DNA of 64,000 nt from a bacterium HR10 (GTDB lineage: Bacteria; Acidobacteriota; Blastocatellia; HR10): positions 56,506 to 120,505 of the forward strand of contig BEHM01000001.1 in the NCBI GenBank assembly GCA_002923315.1, written 5' to 3'. The notes under the pieces are model-generated. The model worked only from the letters and a program-made list of their open reading frames with translations. It did no database searches and was not told the DNA's origin. Made by a program: the position numbers and the translations under genes. Positions within the stretch are counted from its first letter, which is position 1, and every line of letters starts with the position of its first letter. Below, piece by piece: positions 45,790-55,992 of the stretch.

Positions 45790-46164
45790 ATGGAGCGCTC
45801 CATTCGCGCGAAAGCGCTTCTGGATCACGTCGAGCGTCTGTTGGCTGATGACCCGGAAGTCTTGGTGCCCGTGCGAAAGCTCTGGATTCGGCTCCAGCGG
45901 GAGTATCCGTGGCGGCCGTTGCCGACATTCTCGGAATTCCTGACCCTGTTGCGCGAGGACGAGCGGTTCGAGTATTGGCCCCTTGGTGAGAACCCGGAGG
46001 CAGAGCCGGCGGTCGCTCTCCCGCACGAACGGTGGTCCGCGCGTGAGGCCGCGGCCTGCGAGCGGGGGCCGCGCGTCAAGCTCCGACGTATCCCGGTGAC
46101 GGAGACGCTCCTGCTGCGTATCCTCCGCCACCAGATCCAAGGCCTGCTCGAGATCCTGCGGTGA
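45790..46164 (+). CDS. hypothetical small protein (124 aa)
   Basis: A strong RBS (GGAGGG, 4 nt before the ATG) and an upstream TATAAT. There is no recognisable domain. It is convergent with glmS. Confidence 0.4.
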   Translation: MERSIRAKALLDHVERLLADDPEVLVPVRKLWIRLQREYPWRPLPTFSEFLTLLREDERFEYWPLGENPEAEPAVALPHERWSAREAAACERGPRVKLRRIPVTETLLLRILRHQIQGLLEILR

Positions 46165-46176
46165 GCCCCACGCGCG

Positions 46177-48057
46177 TCACTCGACGGTCACCGACTTGGC
46201 GAGGTGACGCGGCTGATCCACGTCGCACCCCTTGAAGACGGCCACGTGATAGGCGAGCAGTTGCAACGGGACGATGGCGAGAATCGGCGAGAGCCAATAG
46301 CTCGCCGATGGGATCTCCAGGATGCGATCGGCCACCTGGCGCACTTCCACATCGCCCTCGGTGACGATCCCCAGCACGCGTCCCCCTCGCGCCTTCACCT
46401 CGACGATATTGGCCAGCGTCTTCTCGTATAGCAGGTGCGAGAGGGGAGAATCCGGATCGCGCGTGTTGATCGCGATGACCGGCAGGTGCTCATCAATGAG
46501 GGCATTGGGTCCATGCTTCATCTCCCCGGCCGGATATCCCTCGGCATACACGTAGGCCAGCTCTTTCAACAGCAGCGCGCCCTCCAGGGCCATCGGATAG
46601 TTGACACCGCGTCCGAGGAAGAAGGCGGCGGGCGCGCGCACCAGCTCGCGGGCGAGCGCACGCAGGTCGTCATCTGTGGCGAGCACGCGTTCGAGCTTCT
46701 CCGGGATCGCCCAGGCCTCGCGTATCAGTTGCTCGGCGCGCGCGTCATCGAGCCGCCCGCGCCGCTGCGCCAGATAGAGGGCCAACAGATACACGGCCAT
46801 CACCTCCGCGGTGAACGCCTTCGTCGAGGCGACGCCGATCTCCGGTCCCGCGTGCAGGAAGATGGTCCCCTGAGCCTCGCGCGTGAGCGTGGCGCCGCGC
46901 ACATTGCAGATGGCCAGCACCGGGGCGCCCCGACGTCGCGCCTCGCGAACGGCCGCCAGAGTATCGGCCGTCTCGCCCGATTGGCTGAGCGCGACCACGA
47001 GCGTCCCCGCGTCGAGGATCGGATCGCGATACCGGAACTCGCTCGAATACTCCGCCTTGGTCGGCAGCCGGGCCAGATGCTCGATCAGGAATTCACCGAG
47101 GAGCGCGGCATGCCAACTCCCCCCGCACGCGACGAGTCGAAGGTGGCGCACCTCGCGCAGATGATCCTCGGGCATCTCGATCTCCTCGAAGCGGACGCGC
47201 CGGCCATCCGACGTCGTGTGCGCCGCGAGCAGATCGCGGAGCGCGCGCGGCTGTTCGTAAATCTCCTTGAGCATGAAATGCGGGAAGCCGCCCTTCTCGA
47301 CCAAGATGGGCTCCCACTCGATCCGCTCCAGGCGCGGGGTCACCGCATTCCCCTCGAAATCGCTCACCCGAACTCCCTGGCGCGTGAGGGTGGCGATCTG
47401 CCCATCCTCCAGGAAGAAGACGTCGCGCGTGTAGTAGAGCAGAGCGAGCACGTCCGAGGCGACGAAGTATTCGTCGCGACCGACGCCGATGACGACCGGT
47501 GGCCCTTGTCGAACGGCCACGATGGTCTCCGGCACATCCGCCGAGATGATGGCCAGGGCGAAGACGCCGGTCATCTCTCGAAGCGCTGCGCGCACGGCTC
47601 GCTCCAGACGCGAACCCGGATCCACCTCGCTCGCCAATGGCTGGCCCAGATGCGCTTCGATCAGATGCGCGATGACCTCCGTGTCGGTCTCCGTTCGAAA
47701 CGCATGCCCTTCCGCCAGGAGCCGGCCCTTCAGCGTCAGATAGTTCTCCACGATCCCATTGTGGACGACGGCCAGACGTCCCGAGCAATCGCAATGCGGA
47801 TGCGCGTTCTCCACGGTCGGCCGTCCGTGCGTGGCCCAGCGCGTATGTCCGATCCCATAGGTCCCATCGAGGGGGTGGAGGCGGATCAGTTCCTCCAGGT
47901 GCCGCAGCTTGCCCGCCGCGCGGCGCACTTCCAGACGCCCCTCATCCACAACGGCCAGGCCGGCGGAGTCATAGCCGCGATATTCCAGACGCCGCAACCC
48001 GTTGAGCAAGATGGGGACGATCTGCCGCGGACCGACGTATCCGATGATCCCCGACAT
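46177..48057 (-). CDS. glmS: glutamine--fructose-6-phosphate aminotransferase (isomerising), with Ser at position 2 instead of the catalytic Cys
   Basis: Full-length GlmS similarity, including both SIS domains. The N-terminus reads MSGIIGYVG, where the class-II amidotransferase consensus is MCGIVG. Confidence 0.9.
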   Translation of the reverse strand: MSGIIGYVGPRQIVPILLNGLRRLEYRGYDSAGLAVVDEGRLEVRRAAGKLRHLEELIRLHPLDGTYGIGHTRWATHGRPTVENAHPHCDCSGRLAVVHNGIVENYLTLKGRLLAEGHAFRTETDTEVIAHLIEAHLGQPLASEVDPGSRLERAVRAALREMTGVFALAIISADVPETIVAVRQGPPVVIGVGRDEYFVASDVLALLYYTRDVFFLEDGQIATLTRQGVRVSDFEGNAVTPRLERIEWEPILVEKGGFPHFMLKEIYEQPRALRDLLAAHTTSDGRRVRFEEIEMPEDHLREVRHLRLVACGGSWHAALLGEFLIEHLARLPTKAEYSSEFRYRDPILDAGTLVVALSQSGETADTLAAVREARRRGAPVLAICNVRGATLTREAQGTIFLHAGPEIGVASTKAFTAEVMAVYLLALYLAQRRGRLDDARAEQLIREAWAIPEKLERVLATDDDLRALARELVRAPAAFFLGRGVNYPMALEGALLLKELAYVYAEGYPAGEMKHGPNALIDEHLPVIAINTRDPDSPLSHLLYEKTLANIVEVKARGGRVLGIVTEGDVEVRQVADRILEIPSASYWLSPILAIVPLQLLAYHVAVFKGCDVDQPRHLAKSVTVE

Positions 48058-48060
48058 CCG

Positions 48061-49569
48061 TCACCTCGCCGGAGATGACGAGGATTCCTCCGAAGCTGTC
48101 TCTTCGAGCGTCTTCTTCTCGACGGCCGGAACGCCGACGACGAGCGTGCGCGCGGGCACATCGCGGATGACGACGGCTCCGGCTCCCGTCATCGCTCCTC
48201 GCCCCACACGCACGGGCGCCACGAGCATCGTGTCGCTGCCGAGTTTGACGTCATCCTCGATGACGGTCGGATGCTTCCGCTTCCCATCGTAGTTGCAGGT
48301 GATCGTCCCTGCTCCCACGTTCACTCGCTCCCCCAGCGTGGCGTCCCCCAGGTACGCCAGATGCATGGCCTTGCTCCGCCGCCCAATGCGAGACTTCTTC
48401 ACCTCGACGAAATTGCCGATGACCACCTCATCGGCCAATTCCACCTCCCCCCGCAGGTGCGCGAACGGTCCCAGCCGCACATCATTCCCGATCCGGCTCC
48501 CCTGAATCACCGTGAAATTCCGCACGATCACCCGATCCCCCAACTGCGAATCCACGATCCGCGTCCAGGCGTGAATCTCGCACGCCTCGCCCACGCGCGT
48601 CTCCCCCTCCAGGTGCACATGCGGGTGCACGATGGTATCCATCCCGATGACGACATCGGCGTCAATGCGCGTCGTGCTCGGATCGAGGATCGTGACCCCC
48701 TCGTGCATCCATCGCTCGCAAATGCGCCGGCGCAGCAGCGCGTCCGCCCGCGCCAGCTCCGCGCGCGTGTTGACGCCGAGGAGTTCCTCAGGATGCCCGC
48801 TCTCGAGCGCGCGGACGCGATAGCCGAGGCTCGTGAGGACGCCCACGACGTCCGTCAGGTAATATTCGCCTCGCCGATTCTCCGGCCGCAGCCGGGCGAG
48901 CGCCCCCCGCAGCGGCTTCGGATCGAAGACGTACACGCCCGCGTTGACCTCGGTGATCGTCCGCTCTTCGGGCTGAGCGTCCGCCTCTTCGACAATGCGG
49001 ACGACATCACCGTGCGCGCTGCGCACGATCCGCCCGTATCCGGTGGGATCCTCCAGGCGCATCGTCAGGAGCGTGGCGACCGCCTCGCCGCGCGCGTGCG
49101 TCTGCACAAGGTGCGCGAGCGTCTCCGAGCGCACCAGCGGCAGATCCCCGTAGAGGATCACCAGAGGTTCGTGCCACACTGCCGGGTCCTGCCACTGCTC
49201 CACCGTGGAGAGCGAAGCCGCGTCGGTCACTGCCGGGAGATCGGAAGATCCCTCCTGCACCTGGAGCGCCTCCAGGGCGACGCGAACGGCATGTCCGGTG
49301 CCGCGCGGCTCACCTTGAGGGACGAAGAGTAGGTGCGGGCGCTCGCCCTCGCCACCGATGGCCCGCGCCACCTCTCGCTCGACGACGCCACGCACCTCTT
49401 CGGCCTGAGGCCCGAGGACGACGATCAGTCGGGCCGGATGGATGCCGAGCACCGCGCGCACGACATGCGCGATGAGCGGCCGTCCGGCCAGCTCATGCAA
49501 GACCTTCGCCCGCCGCGATCGCATCCGCGTCCCCAGGCCCGCCGCCAGAATCACCACGTTCGGCCTCAT
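48061..49569 (-). CDS. glmU: bifunctional UDP-N-acetylglucosamine pyrophosphorylase / glucosamine-1-phosphate N-acetyltransferase
   Basis: I chose the start at MRPNVVILAAGLGTRM (49569), preceded by GGGAGGA. It has the nucleotidyltransferase N-domain and C-terminal left-handed beta-helix hexapeptide repeats. Confidence 0.9.
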   Translation of the reverse strand: MRPNVVILAAGLGTRMRSRRAKVLHELAGRPLIAHVVRAVLGIHPARLIVVLGPQAEEVRGVVEREVARAIGGEGERPHLLFVPQGEPRGTGHAVRVALEALQVQEGSSDLPAVTDAASLSTVEQWQDPAVWHEPLVILYGDLPLVRSETLAHLVQTHARGEAVATLLTMRLEDPTGYGRIVRSAHGDVVRIVEEADAQPEERTITEVNAGVYVFDPKPLRGALARLRPENRRGEYYLTDVVGVLTSLGYRVRALESGHPEELLGVNTRAELARADALLRRRICERWMHEGVTILDPSTTRIDADVVIGMDTIVHPHVHLEGETRVGEACEIHAWTRIVDSQLGDRVIVRNFTVIQGSRIGNDVRLGPFAHLRGEVELADEVVIGNFVEVKKSRIGRRSKAMHLAYLGDATLGERVNVGAGTITCNYDGKRKHPTVIEDDVKLGSDTMLVAPVRVGRGAMTGAGAVVIRDVPARTLVVGVPAVEKKTLEETASEESSSSPAR

Positions 49570-49654
49570 CGCCGTCCTCCCTTCGGAGGCTAAAGTACCA
49601 TACCCCCTCGCCGTGGGCAAACCGTTTCGCCTCAGGTGGAGACCCATTCGGCAT

Positions 49655-50851
49655 TCAGGGCGAGGGGCGGGAGAAGCGCGCTTGGGCCCGGCGATAGATC
49701 GCGACGTTCACCTGATGTTCGGCCCAGGTGCGGGCGAAGCGATGCGCGCCGTCGTGCCGCGTGCCATCCACGACGAAGTAGAGATAGTCGGTCAAAGCCG
49801 GATAGAGCGCGGCGCGCAAGGCCTCGCGCCCCGGAGAGGCAATGGGGCCGGGGGGAAGGCCCGGATAGAGGTAGGTGTTGTAGGGCGACGGACGCGCGAG
49901 GTCGGAGCGATGAATGATCCGATCCTCTTCGCCATCGAGGAGCGCGGCATAGAGAACCGTGGGATCGCATTCGAGTCGCATCCCGCGCCGCAGCCGGTTG
50001 TGAAAGACCGAGGAGATGAGCGGACGCTCCTCGGGAAGCTTCGCCTCCTTCTCGATCAGAGACGCCAGCGTGACGATCTCACGAACGGTGAATCCCAGGG
50101 CGCGGGCGCGCGCGCGATCCTCCTCGGTGAAGACGTCGCGGAATCGCCGGACCATGCGCGCGATCAGATCGCGCGCCGAGGTGGACGGCGTGTACGTGTA
50201 GGTGTCGGGGAAGAGGTAGCCTTCGAGTGAATCCGCCTGCGGATCGAGATCGCGAATGAGGCTCGCGTCTTCGGTGAACTCCAGCGCGCGATCGGCCTCG
50301 CGGATGGGCAGTCGGGCGATCAGCTCGGCGATCTCGAAGCGGTTGAGCCCTTCAGGGATCGTGATCTTCTCCGTGACGACCTCGCCGCGAATGAGTCTTC
50401 GAATGACCTCCAGGGGCGAGATCGGAGAGGGGAAGCGATAATCGCCGGCTTTCAGATGCGCCCCCTGGCGCGTGAGCGCGAGATAGGCGAGGACGGGGAG
50501 CGGATGGGCGATGATGCCCTCTCCCGCGAGCTGATGCAAGATGCGGCGCGCGTCGGTCCCTGGAGCGATGGTGATCACGCGCGCGGCGGCCGCGTGCTCT
50601 CGCGGCATCACAAGCGAGAAGACAACAACGCCGACCCCGCCGATCGCGAGCACAAGCATCAGCCCCAGCGCGCGCCATCGCCACCGGACGCGTCTCGGGG
50701 GACGGCGCCTGCTCCTCTCCGATCCGGTGCTTCGGATGGGAGTTCGGGCGCAGCTTATCCGAACCGAACGCCGCTCGAGCGCGCACAGCGCGCGCCATGC
50801 AGCGCGAAGGAAAATGTCGCGCGAGGTCTTCACCGTGGTCCTCCTCGCCAC
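49655..50851 (-). CDS. mltG: endolytic murein transglycosylase MltG (YceG family)
   Basis: A single N-terminal TM helix followed by the YceG domain (YLFPDTYTY..., GLPPGPI). The start is uncertain. Confidence 0.8.
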   Translation of the reverse strand: MARRTTVKTSRDIFLRAAWRALCALERRSVRISCARTPIRSTGSERSRRRPPRRVRWRWRALGLMLVLAIGGVGVVVFSLVMPREHAAAARVITIAPGTDARRILHQLAGEGIIAHPLPVLAYLALTRQGAHLKAGDYRFPSPISPLEVIRRLIRGEVVTEKITIPEGLNRFEIAELIARLPIREADRALEFTEDASLIRDLDPQADSLEGYLFPDTYTYTPSTSARDLIARMVRRFRDVFTEEDRARARALGFTVREIVTLASLIEKEAKLPEERPLISSVFHNRLRRGMRLECDPTVLYAALLDGEEDRIIHRSDLARPSPYNTYLYPGLPPGPIASPGREALRAALYPALTDYLYFVVDGTRHDGAHRFARTWAEHQVNVAIYRRAQARFSRPSP

Positions 50852-50863
50852 GCGCCGGCGCGT

Positions 50864-51322
50864 TCATGACATGCTCTCCGAGGAAGTCGCGCCATGATCC
50901 TCGATCGTCGCCCGATCGGAGCGAAGAGCGGTGAGGAAGTCTTGGAGGATCACGCACGCGGCCACTTGATCCACCCGTTCTGGCGTCGGTCGCTCGCCGC
51001 GCTCGCGAAGCAGCATTTCGGCTTCGACCGACGTCAGGCGTTCATCCCACAGGGCGACGGGCAGGCTCGTGAGCGCGCGAAGGCGGTGGGCGAGCTTTCG
51101 CGCGCGTCGCGCGGAGGGGCCGACGGTGCCGTCCATATTGAGCGGCAGTCCCACGACGATCTGTCCCACCTGGTGCGCGCGCGCCAGCTCAGCGATGGCC
51201 CGCGCGTCGCGCTCCACCCCTCGCGCGGTTAGGACGGCGAGCGGACGCACGCTGATCCCCAGCTCATCGCAGAGCGCCAGGCCGATACGTTTCATCCCCG
51301 GATCCACGGCCAGAATGCGCAT
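50864..51322 (-). CDS. ruvX: Holliday junction resolvase-like protein RuvX (YqgF)
   Basis: MRILAVDPGMKRIGLALCDE is the RNase-H-like YqgF signature. The conserved ruvX-mltG order is present. Confidence 0.85.
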   Translation of the reverse strand: MRILAVDPGMKRIGLALCDELGISVRPLAVLTARGVERDARAIAELARAHQVGQIVVGLPLNMDGTVGPSARRARKLAHRLRALTSLPVALWDERLTSVEAEMLLRERGERPTPERVDQVAACVILQDFLTALRSDRATIEDHGATSSESMS

Positions 51323-51409
51323 GACCTCGTTCAGTATAAGAATGCCCGAACGGGCTCGTCAAACCTCGCCCCGCGCCGGAGAGGGGGTACGGAGAAGGCC
51401 TCGCGCGGC

Positions 51410-51439
51410 TTGACGCAAAGGGCGTGCCGGTGCTACATT
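51410..51439 (+). promoter_or_regulatory. sigma-70-like promoter TTGACG-18-TACATT upstream of carD
   Basis: A -35 TTGACG at 51410-51415 and a -10 TACATT at 51434-51439. This implies a roughly 130-nt leader before the carD GTG start. Confidence 0.4.
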
Positions 51440-51573
51440 CATCACCGTCGGTGATGACATGACGTGCACCGTGAGCGTATGAGACGGGCAGGAGAGCCAG
51501 ATCGAGTTTTTCACGCCGTAAGGAGCCTTTTCTTCGTCTCACCGCCAATCTCTCAGCCGCCAGGGAGGTAGTC

Positions 51574-52113
51574 GTGGATTTCAAGGTCGGGCAAAAGGTC
51601 GTCTATCCGAATCACGGGCTTGGCGTCATCGAAGCGATTTGCGTGCGGGAAGTCTGCACGGGACAGACCTGCGAATTCTATCAACTCCGGCTGATCGCGA
51701 CCAACTCCATCGTCATGGTCCCGACGGCCACAGCGCGCGATGTGGGATTACGTCCGCCCATCACGCCCGATGGCTGTCAGCGCCTGCTCCAAGTCCTGGC
51801 CGATGATTTCGAGGACCCTCCGATGGATTGGAAGGGGCGCTACAAAGAATTCACCGAGCGCATGCGGACGGGGGACATCTTCGAGATCGCGTATGTGTTG
51901 AAGACCCTCGTCTATCTGAACACGATCAAGCCGCTCTCGTTCCGCGAGAAGCGGCTCCTGGAGAAGGCGCGATATCTGATCGTCTCGGAGGTGGCCGAAG
52001 CGTTGCGGCGCTCGGTCGGACAGATTGATGCGCTGATTGATCAGGCCTTGGAACGGGCGTGCGCGAAGCATCGAAATGGGCGGGTCCCGCGCGTTTTCGC
52101 CGCGGGCACGTGA
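51574..52113 (+). CDS. carD: CarD/CdnL family transcriptional regulator
   Basis: MDFKVGQKVVYPNHGLGVIEAI... is the RNA-polymerase-interacting Tudor-like domain. It uses a GTG start with GGGAGG 6 nt upstream. Confidence 0.85.
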   Translation: MDFKVGQKVVYPNHGLGVIEAICVREVCTGQTCEFYQLRLIATNSIVMVPTATARDVGLRPPITPDGCQRLLQVLADDFEDPPMDWKGRYKEFTERMRTGDIFEIAYVLKTLVYLNTIKPLSFREKRLLEKARYLIVSEVAEALRRSVGQIDALIDQALERACAKHRNGRVPRVFAAGT

Positions 52114-52145
52114 TCGCAGATGAAGAGGTCTGCTCATGACGTGAG

Positions 52146-53546
52146 ATGATGGACGATTCCAGTGCGATAGAAAGCCTCGTTCGCCTCGGGCTCATCATCC
52201 TTCTGGTTCTGGCCAACGGATTTTTTGTCGCATCGGAATTCGCACTGGTGGCCGTGCGTCGGTCCTGGGTGGAGACACAGGCGGCCAAGGGGGACCGGCG
52301 CGCGCGCCTGCTGTTGCCGCTGCTCGACCATTTGGACGATTACATCGCGGCCACGCAACTGGGCATCACGATCGCGAGCTTGGCGCTCGGATGGTTGGGA
52401 GAACCGGCGCTGGCTCGGCTGATCGCGGCTGCGCTCGAACGGGTGAGAGCGGGACTTCCCGAGGACCTCTTCGCGCGGATCGGTGCCCCTTCGACCTGGC
52501 TTCATCCCGTCGCCATCCACTCGATCGCCATCGCGCTGGCATTCGCCACCATCACCTTCCTGCATGTCGTCGCGGGGGAATTGGCGCCCAAGACGCTGGC
52601 GCTGGAGCGCACGCCGCAGGTCGCCCTGTGGATCGCTCGACCGATGGCGATCTTCTATCGCGTCTTCTTCCCCTTCGTTCGCCTGCTCAACCGTTCGGGC
52701 TTGGGACTCGTGCGCCTGCTGCGCATCCCCTCTTCGCGGACTCATGGGGGGATGTACGCCGAGGAGATTCAGCATCTGATCAACGTGAGCCGCGAGCAGG
52801 GATTGCTGGAGGCCGAAGAGCATCAGCTCATCAGCAACGTCTTCACCTTCACGGCGACGACCGCGCGCGAGGCCATGCGCCCGCGCGCCGATATGGTGAC
52901 GGTCGAGGCCGACACGCCGTTCGAGGACCTGCTGCGCGTCTTCGAGGAGACGGGGTATTCGCGCATCCCCGTCTATCGGGGAGAACCGGACAATATCATC
53001 GGCGTTCTGCACGGGAAAGACCTGCTGCGCTATTTGCGTCATCCCGAACGCTTCCGCCTGGAGGCCATCCTGCATCGGCCGCTCTTCGTTCCCGACACGG
53101 CTCCCCTGGACGAGGTCTTGCGGCAGATGCGGCAGCAGAAGAGTCACCTCGCGATCGTCGTGGACGAATACGGTGCGATCGAAGGGCTGCTCACGCTGGA
53201 GGACGTGCTGGAAGAGCTGGTCGGAGAGATCGCGGATGAGCACGACCGTGACCTGGACGAGGAGCGCATTCGGGTGCGGCCGGATGGGGCGATCCTCCTC
53301 GATGGGGGGGTGACCGTTCGCGAGGTGAATCGGCGGTTGCATCTGGATGTCCCGGAGTCGGACGAGTATACGACGATGGCGGGATTCATCATGGCGCGAT
53401 TGGGGAAGTTGCCGCTGCCGGGGGATCGGGTGGTCCATAATGGGGTGGCGTTCATCGTCGAGAAGATCGAGGGACGGCGGCTCACGCAACTTCGCGTGGA
53501 GTCGGTCGCGCGGGCTTCGGAGGGTGCCTCAGCCGATCACTCTTGA
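52146..53546 (+). CDS. hemolysin/CorC family protein (DUF21-CBS pair-CorC_HlyC)
   Basis: Four N-terminal TM helices (DUF21), a tandem CBS pair, and a C-terminal transporter-associated domain. Confidence 0.8.
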   Translation: MMDDSSAIESLVRLGLIILLVLANGFFVASEFALVAVRRSWVETQAAKGDRRARLLLPLLDHLDDYIAATQLGITIASLALGWLGEPALARLIAAALERVRAGLPEDLFARIGAPSTWLHPVAIHSIAIALAFATITFLHVVAGELAPKTLALERTPQVALWIARPMAIFYRVFFPFVRLLNRSGLGLVRLLRIPSSRTHGGMYAEEIQHLINVSREQGLLEAEEHQLISNVFTFTATTAREAMRPRADMVTVEADTPFEDLLRVFEETGYSRIPVYRGEPDNIIGVLHGKDLLRYLRHPERFRLEAILHRPLFVPDTAPLDEVLRQMRQQKSHLAIVVDEYGAIEGLLTLEDVLEELVGEIADEHDRDLDEERIRVRPDGAILLDGGVTVREVNRRLHLDVPESDEYTTMAGFIMARLGKLPLPGDRVVHNGVAFIVEKIEGRRLTQLRVESVARASEGASADHS

Positions 53547-53858
53547 CGGACGCCCAGGCCCGGCATACACTGAAAGCGCCTCGCCTTCAACGGCATTCCC
53601 ACCGCCGGGGGCCTTCAGGCGACCTCGGCCGTCTGAGGGCTCCCCTTCCCCTTCTGCTCCCGAGTGCGATGAGAGCCGCCGCGATTCTCCACGCGGAGCG
53701 CCTTCGGACGATGCGATGATCGCTTCAGCCCCGCGCCTTGTGATCCCGGGAGGCGCGAGCGTCGTCTCCGCTTCGAGTGAGACGCGCGGAGACGTCGGTC
53801 TTTGAGGCGCGCGACGCTCTGGCGCATTCCCAGGGGCGATCGCTACACTTGAGACGAT

Positions 53859-54788
53859 ATGACGGAGATCGTGAACGAATTCGCGTGGTCCGTCTCTCGC
53901 CATCGGGAATTTCAGGAGTGTCCCCGTCGGTATTACCTCGCGCACTATGCCTTCTGGGGAGGGTGGGAGCGAGAGGCGAGCGAGCTGGCCAGAGCGTGCT
54001 ATCGCTTCACGAAGATGAAGACCCTCGACATGTGGGCGGGGGAGATCGTGCATGGGACGATCGAGTGGGTCTTGCGGCGATTGTGGGAGGAGAAGCCGGT
54101 GACGCGCGACGCCGCTCGAGCATACGCCATCGAGCGCTTGCGCCGGGGATGGAAGGAATCGAAGGAGCGGCAGTGGGAGCGCGATCCAAAGCGCCGCGTG
54201 AATCTCTTCGAGCATTACTATGGGATCGAGATTCCGAAGGAGCGGACGGACGAGATCAAGGAACATGTGCTCCGGTGCGTGGAGAACTTCTGGGCCTCGG
54301 AGGTCTTCGCCTTCATTCGCTCGGTGGATCGCGCGGCGTGGAAGGCGATCGAGCGACGAGACGCGTTCCACGTGGGCGATGTGAAGGTGTGGGTCAAGAT
54401 CGACTTCGCGCTCACGCACGACGAGCGATGCTACATCTACGATTGGAAATCGGGGCGCGAGGGGGCCGATGATCTCCGCCAGCTCGCGTGCTATGCGCTC
54501 TACGCGCGGGAACACTGGGAGGTCTCCTATGATCGTCTGCGGATCGTCCCGGTCTACTTACGGGAGCTGTCCGAGGCGGGCGTCCAGGAATATACCGTGT
54601 CGCCGGAGCAGCTCATCGAAGTGAAGGAGGAGATCCTGCAGAGCGCCGCGCACCTGCGCGCGCGGCTCGTGGATCCGGAGCGGAATCTCGCTCGGATGGA
54701 GGATTTCCCGATGACGACGGAGACCTGGCGCTGTCGCCGCTGTTTCTTCCAGGAGGTCTGCTATGGTGGGAGATTCGAGGGGGAGTGA
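53859..54788 (+). CDS. PD-(D/E)XK nuclease family protein, Cas4/AddB-like with Fe-S cysteines
   Basis: An N-terminal Cys (EFQECPRRYYL), nuclease motifs (...KIDFALTHDE...YIYDWKSG), and a C-terminal CRRCFFQEVC. No cas genes or CRISPR array are nearby. Confidence 0.6.
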   Translation: MTEIVNEFAWSVSRHREFQECPRRYYLAHYAFWGGWEREASELARACYRFTKMKTLDMWAGEIVHGTIEWVLRRLWEEKPVTRDAARAYAIERLRRGWKESKERQWERDPKRRVNLFEHYYGIEIPKERTDEIKEHVLRCVENFWASEVFAFIRSVDRAAWKAIERRDAFHVGDVKVWVKIDFALTHDERCYIYDWKSGREGADDLRQLACYALYAREHWEVSYDRLRIVPVYLRELSEAGVQEYTVSPEQLIEVKEEILQSAAHLRARLVDPERNLARMEDFPMTTETWRCRRCFFQEVCYGGRFEGE

Positions 54789-54866
54789 GTGCGCCTTCCC
54801 GAGAACCCGCACGCGCGTCTTCACGCATGCGGATGCGTGCGAGCGACGCTCAATGGAGGAGGGACG

Positions 54867-55979
54867 GCGATGACGAAAGACCGGTACCTGCGCGGACGCG
54901 CGATTGAGCCTCGGCCGATCACCGCTTCGACGACGATCGTGGAATTGGTGGAGGAGCACTTCCTGGCGTACAACGCCGGGCGATTGCACGAGGCCTGTCG
55001 GCTCTTCGTCGAGAAGATGCTCGAGGAGAACGTGACCGTGGGGATGAGCCTGACGGGGGCGCTCACCCCGGCCGGACTCGGCATGTCGGCTATTGTGCCG
55101 CTCATCGAGCACGGATTCGTGGACTGGATCGTCTCCACGGGGGCCAATCTCTATCACGACACGCACTTCGCCATCGGGTTCACCATGCATCGAGGGACGC
55201 CGCACGCTGACGATGTCGAGTTGCGGCGGCATGGGGTCGTGCGCATCTACGACATCTTCTTCGATTACGACGTATTGCTCTCGACCGATCGCTTCTACTA
55301 CGAGGTCATCTCGCAGCCGGAGTTTCAGCGCGAGATGGGCACGGCGGAATTCCATCACCTCGTGGGCAAGTACGTGCTCGAACGAGAGCGGCTCCTGGGG
55401 CGCGGGATGCGATCCATCCTCTCGGCGGCGTATCACTACGGTGTGCCCATTTACACGCCGGCGCCGGGAGACAGCTCGATCGGCATGAACGTGGCGGCGA
55501 AGGCGCTGCTGGGGAATCATCTGAAGTTCGACGTCGCGCGCGATGTGAACGAGACCGCGGCCATCGTCCTCGGCGCCAAGCGCGATTATCCGAATGGCAA
55601 GAGCGCGGTCTTCATCCTCGGGGGGGGATCGCCGAAGAACTTCCTCTTGCAGACGGAGCCGCAGCTTCAGGAGGTGCTGGGGATCGAGGAGCGCGGGCAC
55701 GATTACTTCCTGCAGATCACCGACGCGCGTCCCGATACGGGAGGGCTATCGGGGGCGACACCCTCGGAAGCCGTGAGTTGGGGGAAGGTGGATCCCGATC
55801 GCTTGCCCGATGCCGTCACCGTCTACCTCGATACGACGGTCGCGCTGCCCATCCTCACGGCCTACGCCCTGGCCAAGCGCCCGCCGCGGCGACACAAGCG
55901 GCTCTACGATCGCCGGGAGGAATTGCTCGCGCGGCTCCGACGCGAGTATGAGAAGGCGCGGGCGCGAGGCGAATTCTGA
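54867..55979 (+). CDS. deoxyhypusine synthase-like protein
   Basis: I chose the start at [14 protein letters not shown]. It has DHS-fold similarity (NAD-binding [16 protein letters not shown]). Confidence 0.7.
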   Translation, partial: AMTKDRYLRGRAIEPRPITASTTIVELVEEHFLAYNAGRLHEACRLFVEKMLEENVTVGMSLTGALTPAGLGMSAIVPLIEHGFVDWIVSTGANLYHDTHFAIGFTMHRGTPHADDVELRRHGVVRIYDIFFDYDVLLSTDRFYYEVISQPEFQREMGTAEFHHLVGKYVLERERLLGRGMRSILSAAYHYGVPIYTPAPGDSSIGMNVAAKALLGNHLKFDVARDVNETAAIVLGAKRDYPNGKSAVFILGGGSPKNFLLQTEPQLQEVLGIEERGHDYFLQITDARPDTGGLSGATPSEAVSWGKVDPDRLPDAVTVYLDTTVALPILTAYALAKRPPRRHKRLYDRREELLARLRREYEKARARGEF

Positions 55980-55992
55980 GGGTCGGGCCTCA

